From Chloroflexota bacterium (lineage in GTDB: Bacteria; Chloroflexota; Limnocylindria; Limnocylindrales; CSP1-4): a stretch of DNA of 64,000 bases. The stretch covers positions 3,655-67,654 of the forward strand of contig JBHOQO010000139.1 in NCBI GenBank assembly GCA_042408925.1. The letters are read 5' to 3'. The notes below the pieces were generated by a model, which was given only the letters and a program-made list of their open reading frames with translations, did not search any database and was not told the DNA's origin. The translations under genes were made by a program, and so were the position numbers. Every line of letters starts with the position of its first letter. Position 1 is the stretch's first letter. This document shows, one piece after another, positions 38,949-50,298 of this stretch.

Positions 38949-40010
38949 ATGACGACCCGAACGGCCCGCGTCCGCCTTGCCCGCCTCACCGATCTGGCCG
39001 CCCTCGGGGAGCTGTCGCGGATGTGCCAGGGCGAGGCGAACGGAACCCGCTCCCTCGGCCTGCCGGTGGCCGGGCCGCCGATCCGAGCCTTCAGCCTCTT
39101 CCGGCTGCCCCTCGGGGCCTTCCGGCCGAACGACCTCCTCTACGTCTACGAAGACCGAGGCCGCGTCGCCGGCCTCCTCCGGGTGGAGCGGGAGAGCTTC
39201 CGCGACGAGTGGACGATCGTCGAGCTCGATGCCGTCTGCGCGAGCGAGGCCGGTGACATCCGCTTCCGGCTCGTCCAGCACCTCATCCGCGACGGGGTTC
39301 GACGCGGCGCCATCCGCTTCCACGTCGCCTGCGCCGACGTCGACGAGAACGTTGAGCTCTTCATGCAGGCCGGCTTCGTCCGGTATGGCGACGAGAAGAT
39401 CCTCTTCCGGCAACCGCGGGAGCCGCTCCCCAAGCCGTGGTCGACGGAAGCGACCGCCGCGGCCCGGATCCGCGAGGCGACCCCCCTCGATGCCCAGGCC
39501 CTCCACCGTCTCTACGCCGCAGCGACGCCGCCGCCCGTCCAGCGGCTCGAGATGTACCGCCTCGCCGACTGGGAGCGCCAGGGTCTCCAGTGGCGGGTCC
39601 CTCGGAGCTCCCTCGCCCCGATCCTCCGCTTCGCCGACATCGAGGCCTACGTTCAGACGTCCGAGGGCGGCGGCTCCGACGGGACGGGCCTCGACGGTCT
39701 CGTCCAGGTCGGCGTCGCCCGCGAGGACCAGCCTCACTACCTGAAGGTCCTCGTTCGCCCGGGCGTCGACGCGAGTCCGCTCATCGGCTTCGGGCTCGGC
39801 CTCATCGCGGCTCGGACCGGACGGGGGGAGGGGCGGACAGGAGAGCGCCACGACCATGGGGTCATCGCTCCCGTTCGGACCTACGAATCGCCCGTCGATC
39901 GGCGCCTCGAGGAGGCGGGCTTCGAGACGGTTGCGACGGTCACCCTCCTCCTCAGGGAGGCCCTCGTCCGGGTCGCCGAGCCGGCCCTTGTGCCGGCAGG
40001 GGTGCGCTGA
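38949..40010 (+). CDS. GNAT-family N-acetyltransferase (two-domain)
   Basis: GNAT-like core: [16 protein letters not shown]...[56 protein letters not shown] trimmed the start to the internal ATG at about 38949. Confidence 0.55.
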   Translation: MTTRTARVRLARLTDLAALGELSRMCQGEANGTRSLGLPVAGPPIRAFSLFRLPLGAFRPNDLLYVYEDRGRVAGLLRVERESFRDEWTIVELDAVCASEAGDIRFRLVQHLIRDGVRRGAIRFHVACADVDENVELFMQAGFVRYGDEKILFRQPREPLPKPWSTEATAAARIREATPLDAQALHRLYAAATPPPVQRLEMYRLADWERQGLQWRVPRSSLAPILRFADIEAYVQTSEGGGSDGTGLDGLVQVGVAREDQPHYLKVLVRPGVDASPLIGFGLGLIAARTGRGEGRTGERHDHGVIAPVRTYESPVDRRLEEAGFETVATVTLLLREALVRVAEPALVPAGVR

Positions 40011-40146
40011 TGGCGGACCGAAGCCCGATGCCCGAGCCGGAACGCCGAACGCCGTCGCGAGGCGCCACCGCGTCGACAGGACGGGCGATGGCGACGACAA
40101 TGTGGATCGCCGGCCGGTCACCGACGACCGGCCGAGGGAGGCGAGC

Positions 40147-42468
40147 GTGAACGGAAACGAGCGGCGCCGCGAGGCGATCGACGATCTCGATGCCCTCCTC
40201 GCGGCCCTCCCGCCCGAGATCGTCGAGGCCGTCCATGCCATTCCGAACCGAGAGGATCTCATCGAGGTCGTCCTCGATCTCGGTCGTCGACCGGAGGCGC
40301 GCTTCCCGGACTCCGAAATCACCCTCCTCGACCGAGAGGTAACGGAGGCGGACATCGCCTACGTCGTCGACCACATCGGCACCTTTGGTGACGACAACCG
40401 AGCCGGGATCGAGCGGACCCTCCACCGGATCAGCGCCATCCGGAACCGGAACGGCAAGATCGTCGGGCTGACCTGCCGCATCGGGCGGGCCGTCTTCGGG
40501 ACCATCGAAATCATCGAGGACCTCGTCGCCTCGGGGCGGTCCATCCTCATCATGGGCCGGCCGGGGATCGGCAAGACGACGATGCTCCGCGAAGCCGCCC
40601 GTGTCCTGGCCGACGACTTCGGGAAGCGGGTCGTTGTCGTCGACACCTCGAACGAGATCGCTGGCGACGGCGACATCCCGCACCCGGCCATCGGCAAGGC
40701 CCGCCGAATGCAGGTTCGAACCCCCTCGCTCCAGCACGAGGTCATGATCGAGGCCGTCGAGAACCATATGCCCCAGGTCATCGTCATCGACGAGATCGGG
40801 ACCGAGCTCGAGGCCCAGGCGGCCCGGACGATCGCCGAACGGGGTGTCCAGCTCATCGGCACCGCCCACGGGAACACCCTCGAGAACCTCATGCTCAACC
40901 CGACCTTGTCGGACCTCATCGGCGGGATCCAGACGGTGACCCTCGGCGACGAAGAGGCGCGCCGTCGCCGAACCCAAAAGAGCGTCCTCGAGCGGAAGGC
41001 GCCGCCGACCTTCGACGTCGTCGTCGAGATCCAGGACCGTGACCGGGTCATCGTCCACACCGACGTCGCCGAGACCGTCGATGCCCTCCTCCGGGGCGAC
41101 CCGATCGCTCCGGAGCTCCGCTGGCGGGACGAGGCTGGCGTCCACCGGACCCAGGCCCGGCTCCGGCCATCACCCCGCGAGTCGGCGGTCGGGGAGCGGT
41201 TCGCCGGACTCGTCGGCAGCGGGCCCTCGTGGCGGACCGAGCCGGGCTGGCGGGGAGCGAGCGTCTATCGGCTCCCGTCGGGGATCGAGCGAGCCGGCGG
41301 GACGGGTCGCGGGGGCGGCTGGCGGCCGGTCCGGGATCGGGAGCTTCGAGCGGTCGGTGGTGAGGGGCCCTTCACCGGCGGCGGCTTCGCCGATCGGGGC
41401 CCGCTCGAGCGGGGCGAAGAGGCGGCCCCCGAGCTGCGAGCCCGCGACCTCCGGGAGCTCGAACGGCAGCGGAGCTGGCGCGAGCAGGCGAGCCGGGCCA
41501 TCGAGGCGCTCCGGGCCGACGAAGGGACGTGGCCCGTGAACGCCGTCGGCGCGGGAGGTCCGGTCGTCGGCACACCGGATCGGGCGGTCGCGCCCGAACG
41601 GGCGGCGGCACCAGAACGGGCGGTCGCGCCCGAACGGGCGGCGGCACCAGAACGGGCGGTCGCGCCCGAACGGGCGGTGGCGCCCGAACGGGCGGCGGCA
41701 CCAGGACCGGGTGCGGCGGAGGGTCTCGAACCCTCGCCGGCAGCTGATGGCGGGTCGGCCGTCGAGCTCGGCGGCCGGCACGGTCGACCAGACGGTCTCG
41801 AGGAGCGGACCGCTGTCGAGGCCCGGGCGGAGTCGCCAGGGGGGACCGGGTTCGGTGCCACACCGGGCGAGGTGACCGCCGTCTCCGAGGAGCTCGAGGA
41901 AGCCCTCGTCGCCGACGACGAGGCCGTTGCCGATCGCGAGCGAGCGGAAGCGATCGCCACCGAGGGGGAGATGCTCCGCGTTCGCGACGGGATCCTGCCG
42001 ACCCTCCGGCTCCTGCCCTACGGGATCAGCCGGAAGCGGCTCGAGCAGGCGATCCGGGAGCTCCAGCTGCCGGTCATCATCGCTCGCGACATCGACGAGG
42101 CCGATGTCGTCATGACCCTCCGGAGCGAATACCGTCAGAAGGCCGGCCTTGTTCGGGAGGCAGAAGAGCGCGGCATCCCGATCTACGTCCTGAAGTCGAA
42201 CACGATCCTCCAGATGCAGTCCTCGCTCACCTCGATCTTCTCCCTCGAGGTCGATCCGCGCGAGGCGGCGCTCCGGGAGGCGGAGGAGGCGATCGGGATC
42301 GTCCTCGAGCGGGCCGAGCCCGTCGAGCTCTCGCCCCAGAACGCCTACATCCGCCGGTTGCAGCACCAGATGGCGGAGCGGGCGAACATCGTCTCGCGCT
42401 CCCGGGGTCGGGAGCCGTACCGGCGGGTTCGTCTCTACCCGGATCCGGCTCGGACGAACTGGCGGTAG
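40147..42468 (+). CDS. R3H-domain / AAA-type P-loop ATPase (Ycf45/SpoIIIAA-like) with an internal tandem-repeat insertion
   Basis: P-loop [15 protein letters not shown]; DxD VIVIDEIG; C-terminal R3H-like domain ([23 protein letters not shown]). An 18-bp tandem repeat (about 41575-41702) encodes [12 protein letters not shown] x7. The GTG start is at about 40147. Confidence 0.6.
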   Translation: MNGNERRREAIDDLDALLAALPPEIVEAVHAIPNREDLIEVVLDLGRRPEARFPDSEITLLDREVTEADIAYVVDHIGTFGDDNRAGIERTLHRISAIRNRNGKIVGLTCRIGRAVFGTIEIIEDLVASGRSILIMGRPGIGKTTMLREAARVLADDFGKRVVVVDTSNEIAGDGDIPHPAIGKARRMQVRTPSLQHEVMIEAVENHMPQVIVIDEIGTELEAQAARTIAERGVQLIGTAHGNTLENLMLNPTLSDLIGGIQTVTLGDEEARRRRTQKSVLERKAPPTFDVVVEIQDRDRVIVHTDVAETVDALLRGDPIAPELRWRDEAGVHRTQARLRPSPRESAVGERFAGLVGSGPSWRTEPGWRGASVYRLPSGIERAGGTGRGGGWRPVRDRELRAVGGEGPFTGGGFADRGPLERGEEAAPELRARDLRELERQRSWREQASRAIEALRADEGTWPVNAVGAGGPVVGTPDRAVAPERAAAPERAVAPERAAAPERAVAPERAVAPERAAAPGPGAAEGLEPSPAADGGSAVELGGRHGRPDGLEERTAVEARAESPGGTGFGATPGEVTAVSEELEEALVADDEAVADRERAEAIATEGEMLRVRDGILPTLRLLPYGISRKRLEQAIRELQLPVIIARDIDEADVVMTLRSEYRQKAGLVREAEERGIPIYVLKSNTILQMQSSLTSIFSLEVDPREAALREAEEAIGIVLERAEPVELSPQNAYIRRLQHQMAERANIVSRSRGREPYRRVRLYPDPARTNWR

Positions 42469-42585
42469 GGCGGCCGCGGTCTTGGCGGGCGGGGTCTCGG
42501 CGGGCGATCAGCGCAGCGGGCGCCTCCCCTGGGCTTCGATCGCCAGCCCTCGGCCGCACGCTCAAGCGCACGCTCCTGTCTGTGT

Positions 42586-42792
42586 ATGCTCGATCGACGG
42601 GTGCACATCCTCCTCGACGCCGACCGGTATCGCCGCCTGGTGGCGGAAGCGGCCGCCCGGGGGACGTCCGTGGCGGCCATCGTCCGCGACGCCATCGATC
42701 GCGCCTTGCCAGGAGATCCGGCTGCCGCGCCGCCGCCGCTCGACGGATCCTCGACGCTCCGGACACGCCCGTACCCGACGTCGAAGACCTGA
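42586..42792 (+). CDS. Ribbon-helix-helix (CopG/VapB-like) protein; apparently an orphan antitoxin
   Basis: RVHILLDADRYRRLVAEAAARGTSVAAIVRDAIDRAL is an RHH beta-alpha-alpha motif. No adjacent toxin ORF was recognised. Confidence 0.45.
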   Translation: MLDRRVHILLDADRYRRLVAEAAARGTSVAAIVRDAIDRALPGDPAAAPPPLDGSSTLRTRPYPTSKT

Positions 42793-42879
42793 AGGCTGAA
42801 CTGCGGTCGATCCGCTCACGGGGCAGATGATCGTTCCCGACGTCGAGACCCGAGCGAGACGAGGGCGCTGCCCGGGCCG

Positions 42880-44328
42880 CTACCGGAGCTCGTGCCGGAG
42901 CGCCGAGCGGGCCGCGTGCCAGCCGCACATCCCGTGGACACCGGGACCCGGTGGGGTCGCCGACGAGCAGAGGTAGAGCCCCGACCCGATCCGGTACGGA
43001 TCCGACGACGGCAGCGGCCGGAAGAAGACCTGGCGGAGGTCGACGAGTCCGCCGCCAATGTCGCCGCCCACGCAATTGCTGTCGTAGCGTTCCATGCCCG
43101 CTGCATCGATCGTGTGCCGGGACATGATCCGCTCCCGAAAGCCCGGGGCGAAACGTTCGACCTGGGTCTCGATGGCGACCGTCATGTCGACCGTGGAGCC
43201 GTTCGGGACGTGGCAGTAAGCCCAGGCGGTGTGGCGGCCGGCGGGAGCCCGGGACGGATCGAAGCGGGACGGCTGGACGAGGATGACGAAGGGTCGCTCG
43301 GGGTGGCCGCCGGTCGCGACGGTCGCCTCGGCGGCGGCGATCTCCTCGAGGCGCCCGCCGAGGTGGACCGTGCCGGCCCCTTCGACCCCGGGTGCCGACC
43401 AGGGGATCGGCCCCTCGAGGGCCCAGTCGACCTTGAAGACGCCGGGTCCGTACCGGTACCGCTGGAGCCAGCGCCGCTGCCAGCCCCCGAGCCGTGGGCC
43501 GGCGATGCGGAGCGCCTCGCGTGGGGCGACGTCGAGGAGGACGACCCGCGCCGAGGGCAGCTCGGCGATCGACTCGACCCGGTGCCCGGTCGTGAGTTCG
43601 CCACCGAGGGCAACGAGTTCCTCGACGAGGGCTGCGGCGACCGTCCCGCTGCCGCCCCGAGCGACTGGCCACCCGACGCTTTGGGCCAAGGCTCCGAGGA
43701 CGAGCCCGAAGGCGGCCGAGGGCGATCGATCGAGGCGGAGCATCGAGTGCGCGGCGAGGCCGGCGAAGGCGGCCTGGGCGGGGGCGGTTTCGAAGGCGGC
43801 CCGGGCGAAGCACGTCGCCGGCAGGAGGGCCAGCAGGCCGAAGCGGGCCAAGGCGAGGGGATAGCGGGGGCGTCGGAGAAGGGGACCGAGGAGGGCCGAC
43901 AGAAGCCGCTCGAGGTCGGCGGCGAGGGGGCCGAAGACCCGCCTCCATCGCCGTCGGTCGCGTCCGAGACGGGCGGCCGTCACCTCGACCGAGGTTCCGG
44001 CGATGACCGCCGTGCCGTCGTCGAAGGGATGGGCGAAGGGCGCCTCGGGATGGAGCCATTCGACGCCGTGCCGGGCGGGGTTGTGGGCCCGGAAGAAGGG
44101 GGAGATCGGAGCGAAGGGGTGGACGGCCGCGCAGACGTCGTGGACGAAGCCTGGCAGGGTCAGCTCCGCCGAGCGAAGCCCGCCGCCGGCGGTCGCTGCG
44201 GCCTCGACGACCCGGACCGATCGGCCGGCCTGGGCGAGCTCGATGGCCGCCGCCAGGCCGTTCGGTCCCGCCCCGACGACGAGGGCATCGAGGCCGGCCG
44301 CCAGCGACCGACCCGCCGGACGGGCCAT
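42880..44328 (-). CDS. NAD(P)/FAD-dependent oxidoreductase (phytoene-desaturase-like)
   Basis: Dinucleotide-binding motif ALVVGAGPNGLAAAIELAQAGRSVRVVEA and family-wide length of about 480 aa. Confidence 0.65.
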   Translation of the reverse strand: MARPAGRSLAAGLDALVVGAGPNGLAAAIELAQAGRSVRVVEAAATAGGGLRSAELTLPGFVHDVCAAVHPFAPISPFFRAHNPARHGVEWLHPEAPFAHPFDDGTAVIAGTSVEVTAARLGRDRRRWRRVFGPLAADLERLLSALLGPLLRRPRYPLALARFGLLALLPATCFARAAFETAPAQAAFAGLAAHSMLRLDRSPSAAFGLVLGALAQSVGWPVARGGSGTVAAALVEELVALGGELTTGHRVESIAELPSARVVLLDVAPREALRIAGPRLGGWQRRWLQRYRYGPGVFKVDWALEGPIPWSAPGVEGAGTVHLGGRLEEIAAAEATVATGGHPERPFVILVQPSRFDPSRAPAGRHTAWAYCHVPNGSTVDMTVAIETQVERFAPGFRERIMSRHTIDAAGMERYDSNCVGGDIGGGLVDLRQVFFRPLPSSDPYRIGSGLYLCSSATPPGPGVHGMCGWHAARSALRHELR

Positions 44329-44333
44329 GCCTC

Positions 44334-44888
44334 TCAGGGCCGGGCGCGCGTCGCGGCGAGGGCTCCCCGGTCGAACCAGATCCGCTCGCCGAGGAAGCGC
44401 CCCGTCGCCGGATCCCAGGGAAAGAGGATGAGGATCTCGAGATCGATGGGCAGTCCGGAGGCCGGCGCCCCGGCCCAGGGTCCGAGGTTCGTCCCCGTCA
44501 AGCGAGCCGCCTCGAAGACGCCCTGCGGCCCGACGACGATCTCCCGGAGGGCGAAGCGGTTATCGGGGAAGGCGGCGAAGAGCTCGCCGTAGAAGGCCAG
44601 GGCACCCTCGTGGCCCTCCCAGCGCTGGCCGGTCGGCACGATCTCGTAGACGCAGTCGGGGGCGAGGGTGGCGACGAGACCGTCGATGTCGCGCCGGTCC
44701 TCGGCAATGGAGTGGCGGACCCAGAGGCGCTTGATCCGCCGGAGCTCGACCGGGTCGAAGTCCCGCCCGAGGCGGGCCCGGACCGCGGCCGTCTCGCTAC
44801 CCCGAGAGGCGGCGAGCTCGTCGGAGCGGGACCCCGCCCGCCGCCCGCGACCGGGGACGCTCACTCGGTGGCGCCGGTGAAGGTCCAT
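44334..44888 (-). CDS. SnoaL-like / NTF2-fold protein
   Basis: The alpha+beta barrel pattern (DIDGLVATLAPDCVYEIVPTGQRWEGHEGALAFY) is typical of SnoaL-like polyketide-cyclase-fold proteins. The start probably lies inside the ORF, because it overlaps the PmbA gene's 3' end. Confidence 0.45.
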   Translation of the reverse strand: MDLHRRHRVSVPGRGRRAGSRSDELAASRGSETAAVRARLGRDFDPVELRRIKRLWVRHSIAEDRRDIDGLVATLAPDCVYEIVPTGQRWEGHEGALAFYGELFAAFPDNRFALREIVVGPQGVFEAARLTGTNLGPWAGAPASGLPIDLEILILFPWDPATGRFLGERIWFDRGALAATRARP

Positions 44889-46243
44889 GATCCGATCCGG
44901 ACGGCCGGCACGGCGACCCCACCGAGAAACCCCCGCACGGTTCGCTGCTCCCGCCCGATGGCCTCGACCCCGGCCAGGGCGTCGAGATAGCTCTGGGTGT
45001 AGCGGAGATTCCGGACCGGGCCGACGATCCGTCCGTCCTCGACGAGGAACGTCCCGTCGCGGGTCATCCCGGTCACGATGGCGAGCTTCGGGTGGACGGG
45101 GTTCGTGTAGTGGAAGCGGGTCACGAGGAGGCCGCGGTCGAGACCGCCGAGGAGCTCCTCACGGCTTGCCGCCCCAGCTTCCAGGAGCATGTTCGTCGGG
45201 AAGGGGCCCCAGGGGTTGGGTGCCGGCAGACCGTGGCCCGTCGAGCGCCGACCCGCCCGGGCCGCCGTCTGGGCGTCGTAGACGACGTCCCGGCAGATAC
45301 CCTTCTCGACGAGGGTGACGGGCGTCTTCGGGACGCCCTCGTAATCGAAGGAGGCCGGGAGGGTGGCCGGGTTCGTCGCGTCGTCGCGGATGGTGACGAG
45401 CTGGCTCCCGATCCGTCGGCCGGGCTCGAAGAAGGAGCGGCCCTCCTGGACGGCGAGGGCCGAGAAGCCGAGGGAGCCGAGCATGTCGAGGAGGTCGACG
45501 ACGGCGTACTCCTCGAGGACGACCGGGTAGTCGCCCGGGGCGAGGGCGATCGGGTTGGCCGCTGCCCGAGCCTTCGCCGCCGCCTCGCGGCCGATGGCCG
45601 CCGGGTCGATCGCCTCCACCGACGTCGCCGCCGCCTCGGCGTAGCCGGAGCCCCCGTCGGGACCGATGGCGACGACGAGGAGGTGGCTCGCTGTGCGGGC
45701 CTCGGCCGCCCGGATGCCCTTCGAGTTGGCGACGGCGACCCCTTCGACGCCGGTGGCGAACGAACCGAAGGCGAGAACTCCCTCCGCGTCGGCAGCGGCG
45801 ATGACTGCTCGGGCACCGTCGGCTCGGAGTTCTGGTGTCGCCTCGAGCGTCGCCTCAGCGAAGGCCGTCGGGAGCAACGAGACCGGAGCCGGTTCCGGGA
45901 GGCCGCCCCAGTCGGCGAGCTCGACGGCGTTCCGAGCGATGGCGGCGGACCGCTCGACGAGGGCGCGGAGGCCATCGGCGTCGGTCCGCCCCGAGGCGGC
46001 GACGCCGACCCGGCGCCCGAGGACGAAGCGGAGGCTGGAGCGGATGTTCTCCTCGGCGACGTTCTGGTGGATCTCGCTGTTCGCGAAGCGGGTGAGGGCC
46101 GAAGCCTCGGCGATGACGACCGCCTCGGCCTCCGTCGCCCCGGCCCGGGTGGCGTCGGCAACGAGCCGCTCGGCGAAGGCGATGAGGGCTTCAGGGTCGT
46201 GGGCGGTCGGCGCCGTCGTCCCGGCGCTCATCCGTGCCTCCAC
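44861..46243 (-). CDS. pmbA: TldE/PmbA metalloprotease-family protein
   Basis: Paralogous to the adjacent TldD. PmbA/TldD family motifs are present (GYAEAAATS...LVTRFHYTNPVHPKL...IGSWTFTGA). Confidence 0.75.
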   Translation of the reverse strand: MEARMSAGTTAPTAHDPEALIAFAERLVADATRAGATEAEAVVIAEASALTRFANSEIHQNVAEENIRSSLRFVLGRRVGVAASGRTDADGLRALVERSAAIARNAVELADWGGLPEPAPVSLLPTAFAEATLEATPELRADGARAVIAAADAEGVLAFGSFATGVEGVAVANSKGIRAAEARTASHLLVVAIGPDGGSGYAEAAATSVEAIDPAAIGREAAAKARAAANPIALAPGDYPVVLEEYAVVDLLDMLGSLGFSALAVQEGRSFFEPGRRIGSQLVTIRDDATNPATLPASFDYEGVPKTPVTLVEKGICRDVVYDAQTAARAGRRSTGHGLPAPNPWGPFPTNMLLEAGAASREELLGGLDRGLLVTRFHYTNPVHPKLAIVTGMTRDGTFLVEDGRIVGPVRNLRYTQSYLDALAGVEAIGREQRTVRGFLGGVAVPAVRIGSWTFTGATE

Positions 46244-47685
46244 TTCCCGACCCCGACCTGGACGTTCCGGAACCGGGCCCCCGGGACTCCGTGGCCGACG
46301 TGGGCCACCTGGCCCGGCTCGCCCTTCCCGCAGTTCGGGGTCCCGAGCATCCGGTAGCTCCGCTCGTCGCCGACGGCGTCACAGGAGCGCCAGAACTCGG
46401 GGGTGATGCCGGTGTAGGTCGGGTTCTTGTAGAGCCGACCGAGCTTGCCGTTGCGGATCTCGTAGGCGACCTCCGTCGCGAACTGGAAATTCAGACGTCG
46501 GTCGTCGATCGACCAGCTCCGGTTGAAGGCGAGGTAGAGCCCCTCGTCGGTGTCGGCGACGATGTCCTCGAGGCTCATGCCGGGCTTCGGAAGGAGATTG
46601 ATGTTCGTCATCCGAATGAGCGGGATCCGGTTCCAGCCGTCGGCCCGCACCGCGCCACCCGAGCGGCGGCCGATCCGTGGGGCGGTCTCCCGGCTCGAGA
46701 GGTAGCCGACGAAGATTCCCTCCTTGACGAGGGGCACAGCCTGGGCGGCGACCCCTTCGTCGTCCCAGCCGAAGGTCCCGAGGCCACCCGGGGCTGTCGC
46801 GTCGGCGACGATGTCGACGAGCTCGCTCCCGTAGCGGAAGCCAGCCTCGAGCTTGTCGACGGTGAGGAAGCTCGTCCCGGCGTAGCTCGCTTCGGTGCCG
46901 AAGACCCGGTCGAGCTCCGTCGGGTGGCCGCAGCTCTCGTGGACCTGGAGGTAGAGCTGCGAGGGGTCGAGGACGATGGTGAAGCGCCCCGAGGGGCACT
47001 GGGGTGCCGACAGGAGGGCGACGGCTTCCTCGGCCACGGCCGGAGCGCGGCCGACGAGGTCGAGACCTCGAACGTACTCGTAGCCCGCCGCCTGCCAGCC
47101 ACCGCCGGCGTCGGGGTAGCTTCGGCGCTGGTGCTCGTCGCCCTCGACGGCGTTCGCCTCGATCCCGGCGCCGACGTGGGTGATGACCTGCTCGGTGTAG
47201 CTGCCCTCGAGGTCGGCGTACGTCTTCCATTCCCGTTGGGCCCCGTACATCGCCTCGCTGAAGGCGAGGGGGGCTGCTCGCCGCATCGCCTCATCGGCGG
47301 CGAGGAGGTCGGCGATCTTCGTCTCGAGGGGGACGGCAAAGGGGTCGTCGGTCACGGGGGTCTCGTAGCGACCGACGGCTGGTGGCCGGTCGTCGAGGAC
47401 GACGGGGCGGCGAAGGGCGGTCGCCGAGGCTCGGGCGATGCGGACGGCGCGAGCCGCGGTCTCGTCGGCGGCGGCCGGCTCCAGGCGATGGGTGGCCGCG
47501 AAGCCCCAGGCCCCCTCGACGATGACCCGGACGCCGAGGCCCTCGGTCTCGCTCAGGGCGACGGCTTCCACGCGGCCGCTCTTGACCGAGATCGACTCCT
47601 CGAGGCGACGGACAATCCGAACATCGGCGTAGGCCGCCCCCCGGAGTCGGGCGGTCTCGAGGGCGCGCTCGGTCAGCTCACGCAC
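46228..47685 (-). CDS. tldD: TldD metalloprotease
   Basis: The HESCGH metal-binding motif and GxC motif are present: LQVHESCGHPTELD ... GTPNCGKG. Confidence 0.85.
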   Translation of the reverse strand: MRELTERALETARLRGAAYADVRIVRRLEESISVKSGRVEAVALSETEGLGVRVIVEGAWGFAATHRLEPAAADETAARAVRIARASATALRRPVVLDDRPPAVGRYETPVTDDPFAVPLETKIADLLAADEAMRRAAPLAFSEAMYGAQREWKTYADLEGSYTEQVITHVGAGIEANAVEGDEHQRRSYPDAGGGWQAAGYEYVRGLDLVGRAPAVAEEAVALLSAPQCPSGRFTIVLDPSQLYLQVHESCGHPTELDRVFGTEASYAGTSFLTVDKLEAGFRYGSELVDIVADATAPGGLGTFGWDDEGVAAQAVPLVKEGIFVGYLSSRETAPRIGRRSGGAVRADGWNRIPLIRMTNINLLPKPGMSLEDIVADTDEGLYLAFNRSWSIDDRRLNFQFATEVAYEIRNGKLGRLYKNPTYTGITPEFWRSCDAVGDERSYRMLGTPNCGKGEPGQVAHVGHGVPGARFRNVQVGVGKWRHG

Positions 47686-47855
47686 GGACCGGCGTGGGGT
47701 CCGGGGGCCGAGACGTGGCGGCTCGGCGCTCGGGCGTGCTGGATTTGTCGGCCATCGGCTGGGTCAGCCTACCACGGCCGGCCCGCCCCCCGGGATACGC
47801 CTATCGACTGATCCGCCCCGGCCGCCCTGGCCGGCACTCCGGTACGCTGGGTGCC

Positions 47856-48545
47856 GTGAGCGGTTCGCGGCCGCGGCGCGGCTGGTTCGTCACCTTCGAG
47901 GGGCCCGACGGGGCCGGCAAGACCCTTCAGGCTCGCCGGCTCCACGATCTCGCCGTCGAGGCGGGCGTGCCCGTCGTCCTGACCCGCGAGCCCGGTGGAA
48001 CCGCCCTCGGCGAAGCGATCCGGGATCTGCTCCTCGCTCGTGGTCCGGCGTTCGCCGACCCGCGAGCCGACGCGCTCCTTTTCAATGCGGCCCGAGCTCA
48101 GCTCGTGGCCGAGGTCGTTGGACCGGCCCTGGAGCGGGGCGCGCTCGTCGTCTCGGCCCGCTTCGCCGATTCGACTCTCGCCTACCAGGGCTATGGTGCC
48201 GGGCTGCCCCTCGACGAGCTCCGGGCCGTCGCCGCCTTTGCCACCGGCGGCCTCGTCCCGGACCTGACGATCCTCCTCGATCTGCCCGTCGCCGACGGCC
48301 TTCGCCGCAAGGCGGCGAGCGCCGACGAGAACCGCTTCGAGGCCGACGTCGACGCTGCCTTCCACGAGCGGGTTCGGGCCGGCTTCCTCGCCCTCGCGGC
48401 CGCCGAGCCGACGCGCTTCGTCGTCGTCGATGCGCGAGCCGATCCAGACGCAGTGTTCGGCGCTGTTCTCCGAGCCCTCGAACGGCTGCCCGACCTGGCC
48501 CGGCGCCTCCTGGGACCGCGGGTTCTGGCGGGACGGAAGGGCTGA
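47856..48545 (+). CDS. tmk: Thymidylate kinase
   Basis: P-loop FVTFEGPDGAGKT, the TREPGGT motif and LID region. The GTG start is at about 47856. Confidence 0.8.
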   Translation: MSGSRPRRGWFVTFEGPDGAGKTLQARRLHDLAVEAGVPVVLTREPGGTALGEAIRDLLLARGPAFADPRADALLFNAARAQLVAEVVGPALERGALVVSARFADSTLAYQGYGAGLPLDELRAVAAFATGGLVPDLTILLDLPVADGLRRKAASADENRFEADVDAAFHERVRAGFLALAAAEPTRFVVVDARADPDAVFGAVLRALERLPDLARRLLGPRVLAGRKG

Positions 48546-48706
48546 CGTCGATCGGGTCCCGAGGCCGGGCCGGGTCGGAGCGGGCAGGTCCTCGGGAGCA
48601 GCCCTCGGTGCCGTCCTCGGTGCCGTCCTCGGGAGCAGCCCTCGGTGCCGTCCTCGGGAGCAGCCCTCGAAGCGGTCGGCGCTGGCGTTCGAGCGCGCTC
48701 CCTGCT

Positions 48707-49674
48707 TCAGTCGGTCGTCGGGGTCGATGGCGCCGCTGCGAGGCGGTTTCGGGCGACCGCGAGGAGTTCGTCGCCGGTCGTGCCGTCGGCGGGGAAGCGG
48801 GCGACACCGGACCGCACCCGGATCGGTGTGCCGGCCACGGGCGGTAGGGCGGCGACCCCGTCGGCGATCCGTTCGGCGACGGCCGCACCGGCCGAACCCG
48901 GAGCGACGACCCCGAACTCGTCGCCGCCGAGCCGGGCGACGGTGTCGACGAAGCGGACCGACTCGGCGAGGACCGCAGCCACGGCTCGCAGCGCGTCGTC
49001 GCCGGCAGCACGACCGGCGCTGGAGTTGAGGGTGGCGAACTCGTCGATATCGAAGACGACGACCGACACCTCACCGCCCTGCCGGCTGGCGCGGGCGAGC
49101 TCCAGCTCGAGGACGCGCCCGAAGGTGCGGGCGTTCGCGAGGCCGGTCAGGGGGTCAGTGTGGGCGAGGCGCTCGAACCAGTCGGCCCGCTCGGCGACGA
49201 GCGAAGCGAGTCGGGCTCGGTCGATGGTAACGGCGGCGAGATCGGCGAGGGCGGTGAGGGTCGCCCTGACATCCTCGGCAAGCTCGGGTCGACGGCGCCG
49301 CCAGGCGAGAGCGCCGACGATCTGCTCGACGCCGTCGCGGCGGATCGCGAGGGGAAGCTCGGTCGAGATGAGGCCGCTCACCGGATCAGGTCGCTGCCAG
49401 TTCGGTCGGCCGTCGCGGGCAGCGACGACGGTCGGATGGTCGGGTCGGGTGACGGTCCGGGCGAGCTCATCGGCGGCGAGGCGGCCGACGGGGCGGCCGG
49501 AGGCGTCGACGGCGACGGCGAGGGAGGGGGCGGGTTGATCGGGATCCCAGACGAGGGCGAAGCCGTCGACGGCTTCCGCCTCCCGACAGCCGGCGGCGAG
49601 GATCGCCGTCAGCGCCGTGTCGAGGTCGTCCCGGGCGAGCGCCGCCGCCAGTGCTGTCAGGTCCTTCGCCAGCA
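48707..49674 (-). CDS. GAF-domain diguanylate cyclase (GGDEF)
   Basis: GGDEF active site ARLGGDEFGVV; RxxD-like upstream; N-terminal GAF-like region. I trimmed the start to the internal ATG (MLAKDL) at about 49674. Confidence 0.7.
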
Positions 49675-49839
49675 TTCGTGAGTCCCTCCACCGGTGGGCT
49701 GGTGTGGCCGGCTCCGCGGAACCGTGCTCCTCGTCGGGCCATGATACGGGGTGGCCGCGCCCTCGGTCGGGCATTCGTCCGGCACGACCCTCGAACCGTG
49801 GCACCGGACACGAACTCCTCGCCGCCGACCCGCCGGCGT

Positions 49840-50260
49840 GTTCACGGAACACCAAAGGGGCCGTATCCCCCGACCGCACCTCCCCCACACCCGCCGTTCG
49901 GTGTTCGTCGCACAGCAAAGCCGCCGAATCGGTCGTTCCCGTCATCTCCTCACCCCCGGTTTGGTGTTCTGAGCGCACGGCCCCCAGACGGGGAGCGGGC
50001 GTGGCCCCGGGCGGGGTCCGGGGGCTGCCCCTGGGCGGAGCGGTGAGCGCACGGTCCCCGGGCGGAGGGGGGGTGGTCGCCCGCGTCGTCGAGCGGCGGG
50101 TCACCGAGCGCACGGCCCCCAGACGGGGAGCGGGCGTGGCCCCACGCGGGGAGCGGGCGTGGCCCCGGACGGGGAGCGGGCGTGGCCCCCCAGGCGGAGT
50201 GGGCTCGGGGCCGCCCCGGCAGGCGTCCTTCGGAGCGGCCGCCCTTCGAGGGGGCGGAAC
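49840..50260. repeat. Repeat-rich divergent intergenic region: GTGTTC-N3-GAACAC palindrome and relatives, plus tandem GGGGAGCGGGCGTGGCCCC units
   Basis: Read directly: 'gtgttcacggaacac' (about 49838), 'ggtgttcgtcgcacag', 'ggtgttctgagcgcacgg'; 'gagcgcacggcccccagacggggagcgggcgtggcccc' x2; 'ggggagcgggcgtggcccc' x4. Confidence 0.65.
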
Positions 50261-50298
50261 GGCTGTGCCGCCCCCGACCCGATCCCTATACTCGAACG

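Noticed and set aside
49675-50298. A ydaO/kimA-type c-di-AMP riboswitch upstream of darA
   Set aside because: I could not recognise the conserved ydaO pseudo-two-fold core from sequence alone, and darA is not a typical riboswitch target. Only generic GC-rich repeats and palindromes are reported.
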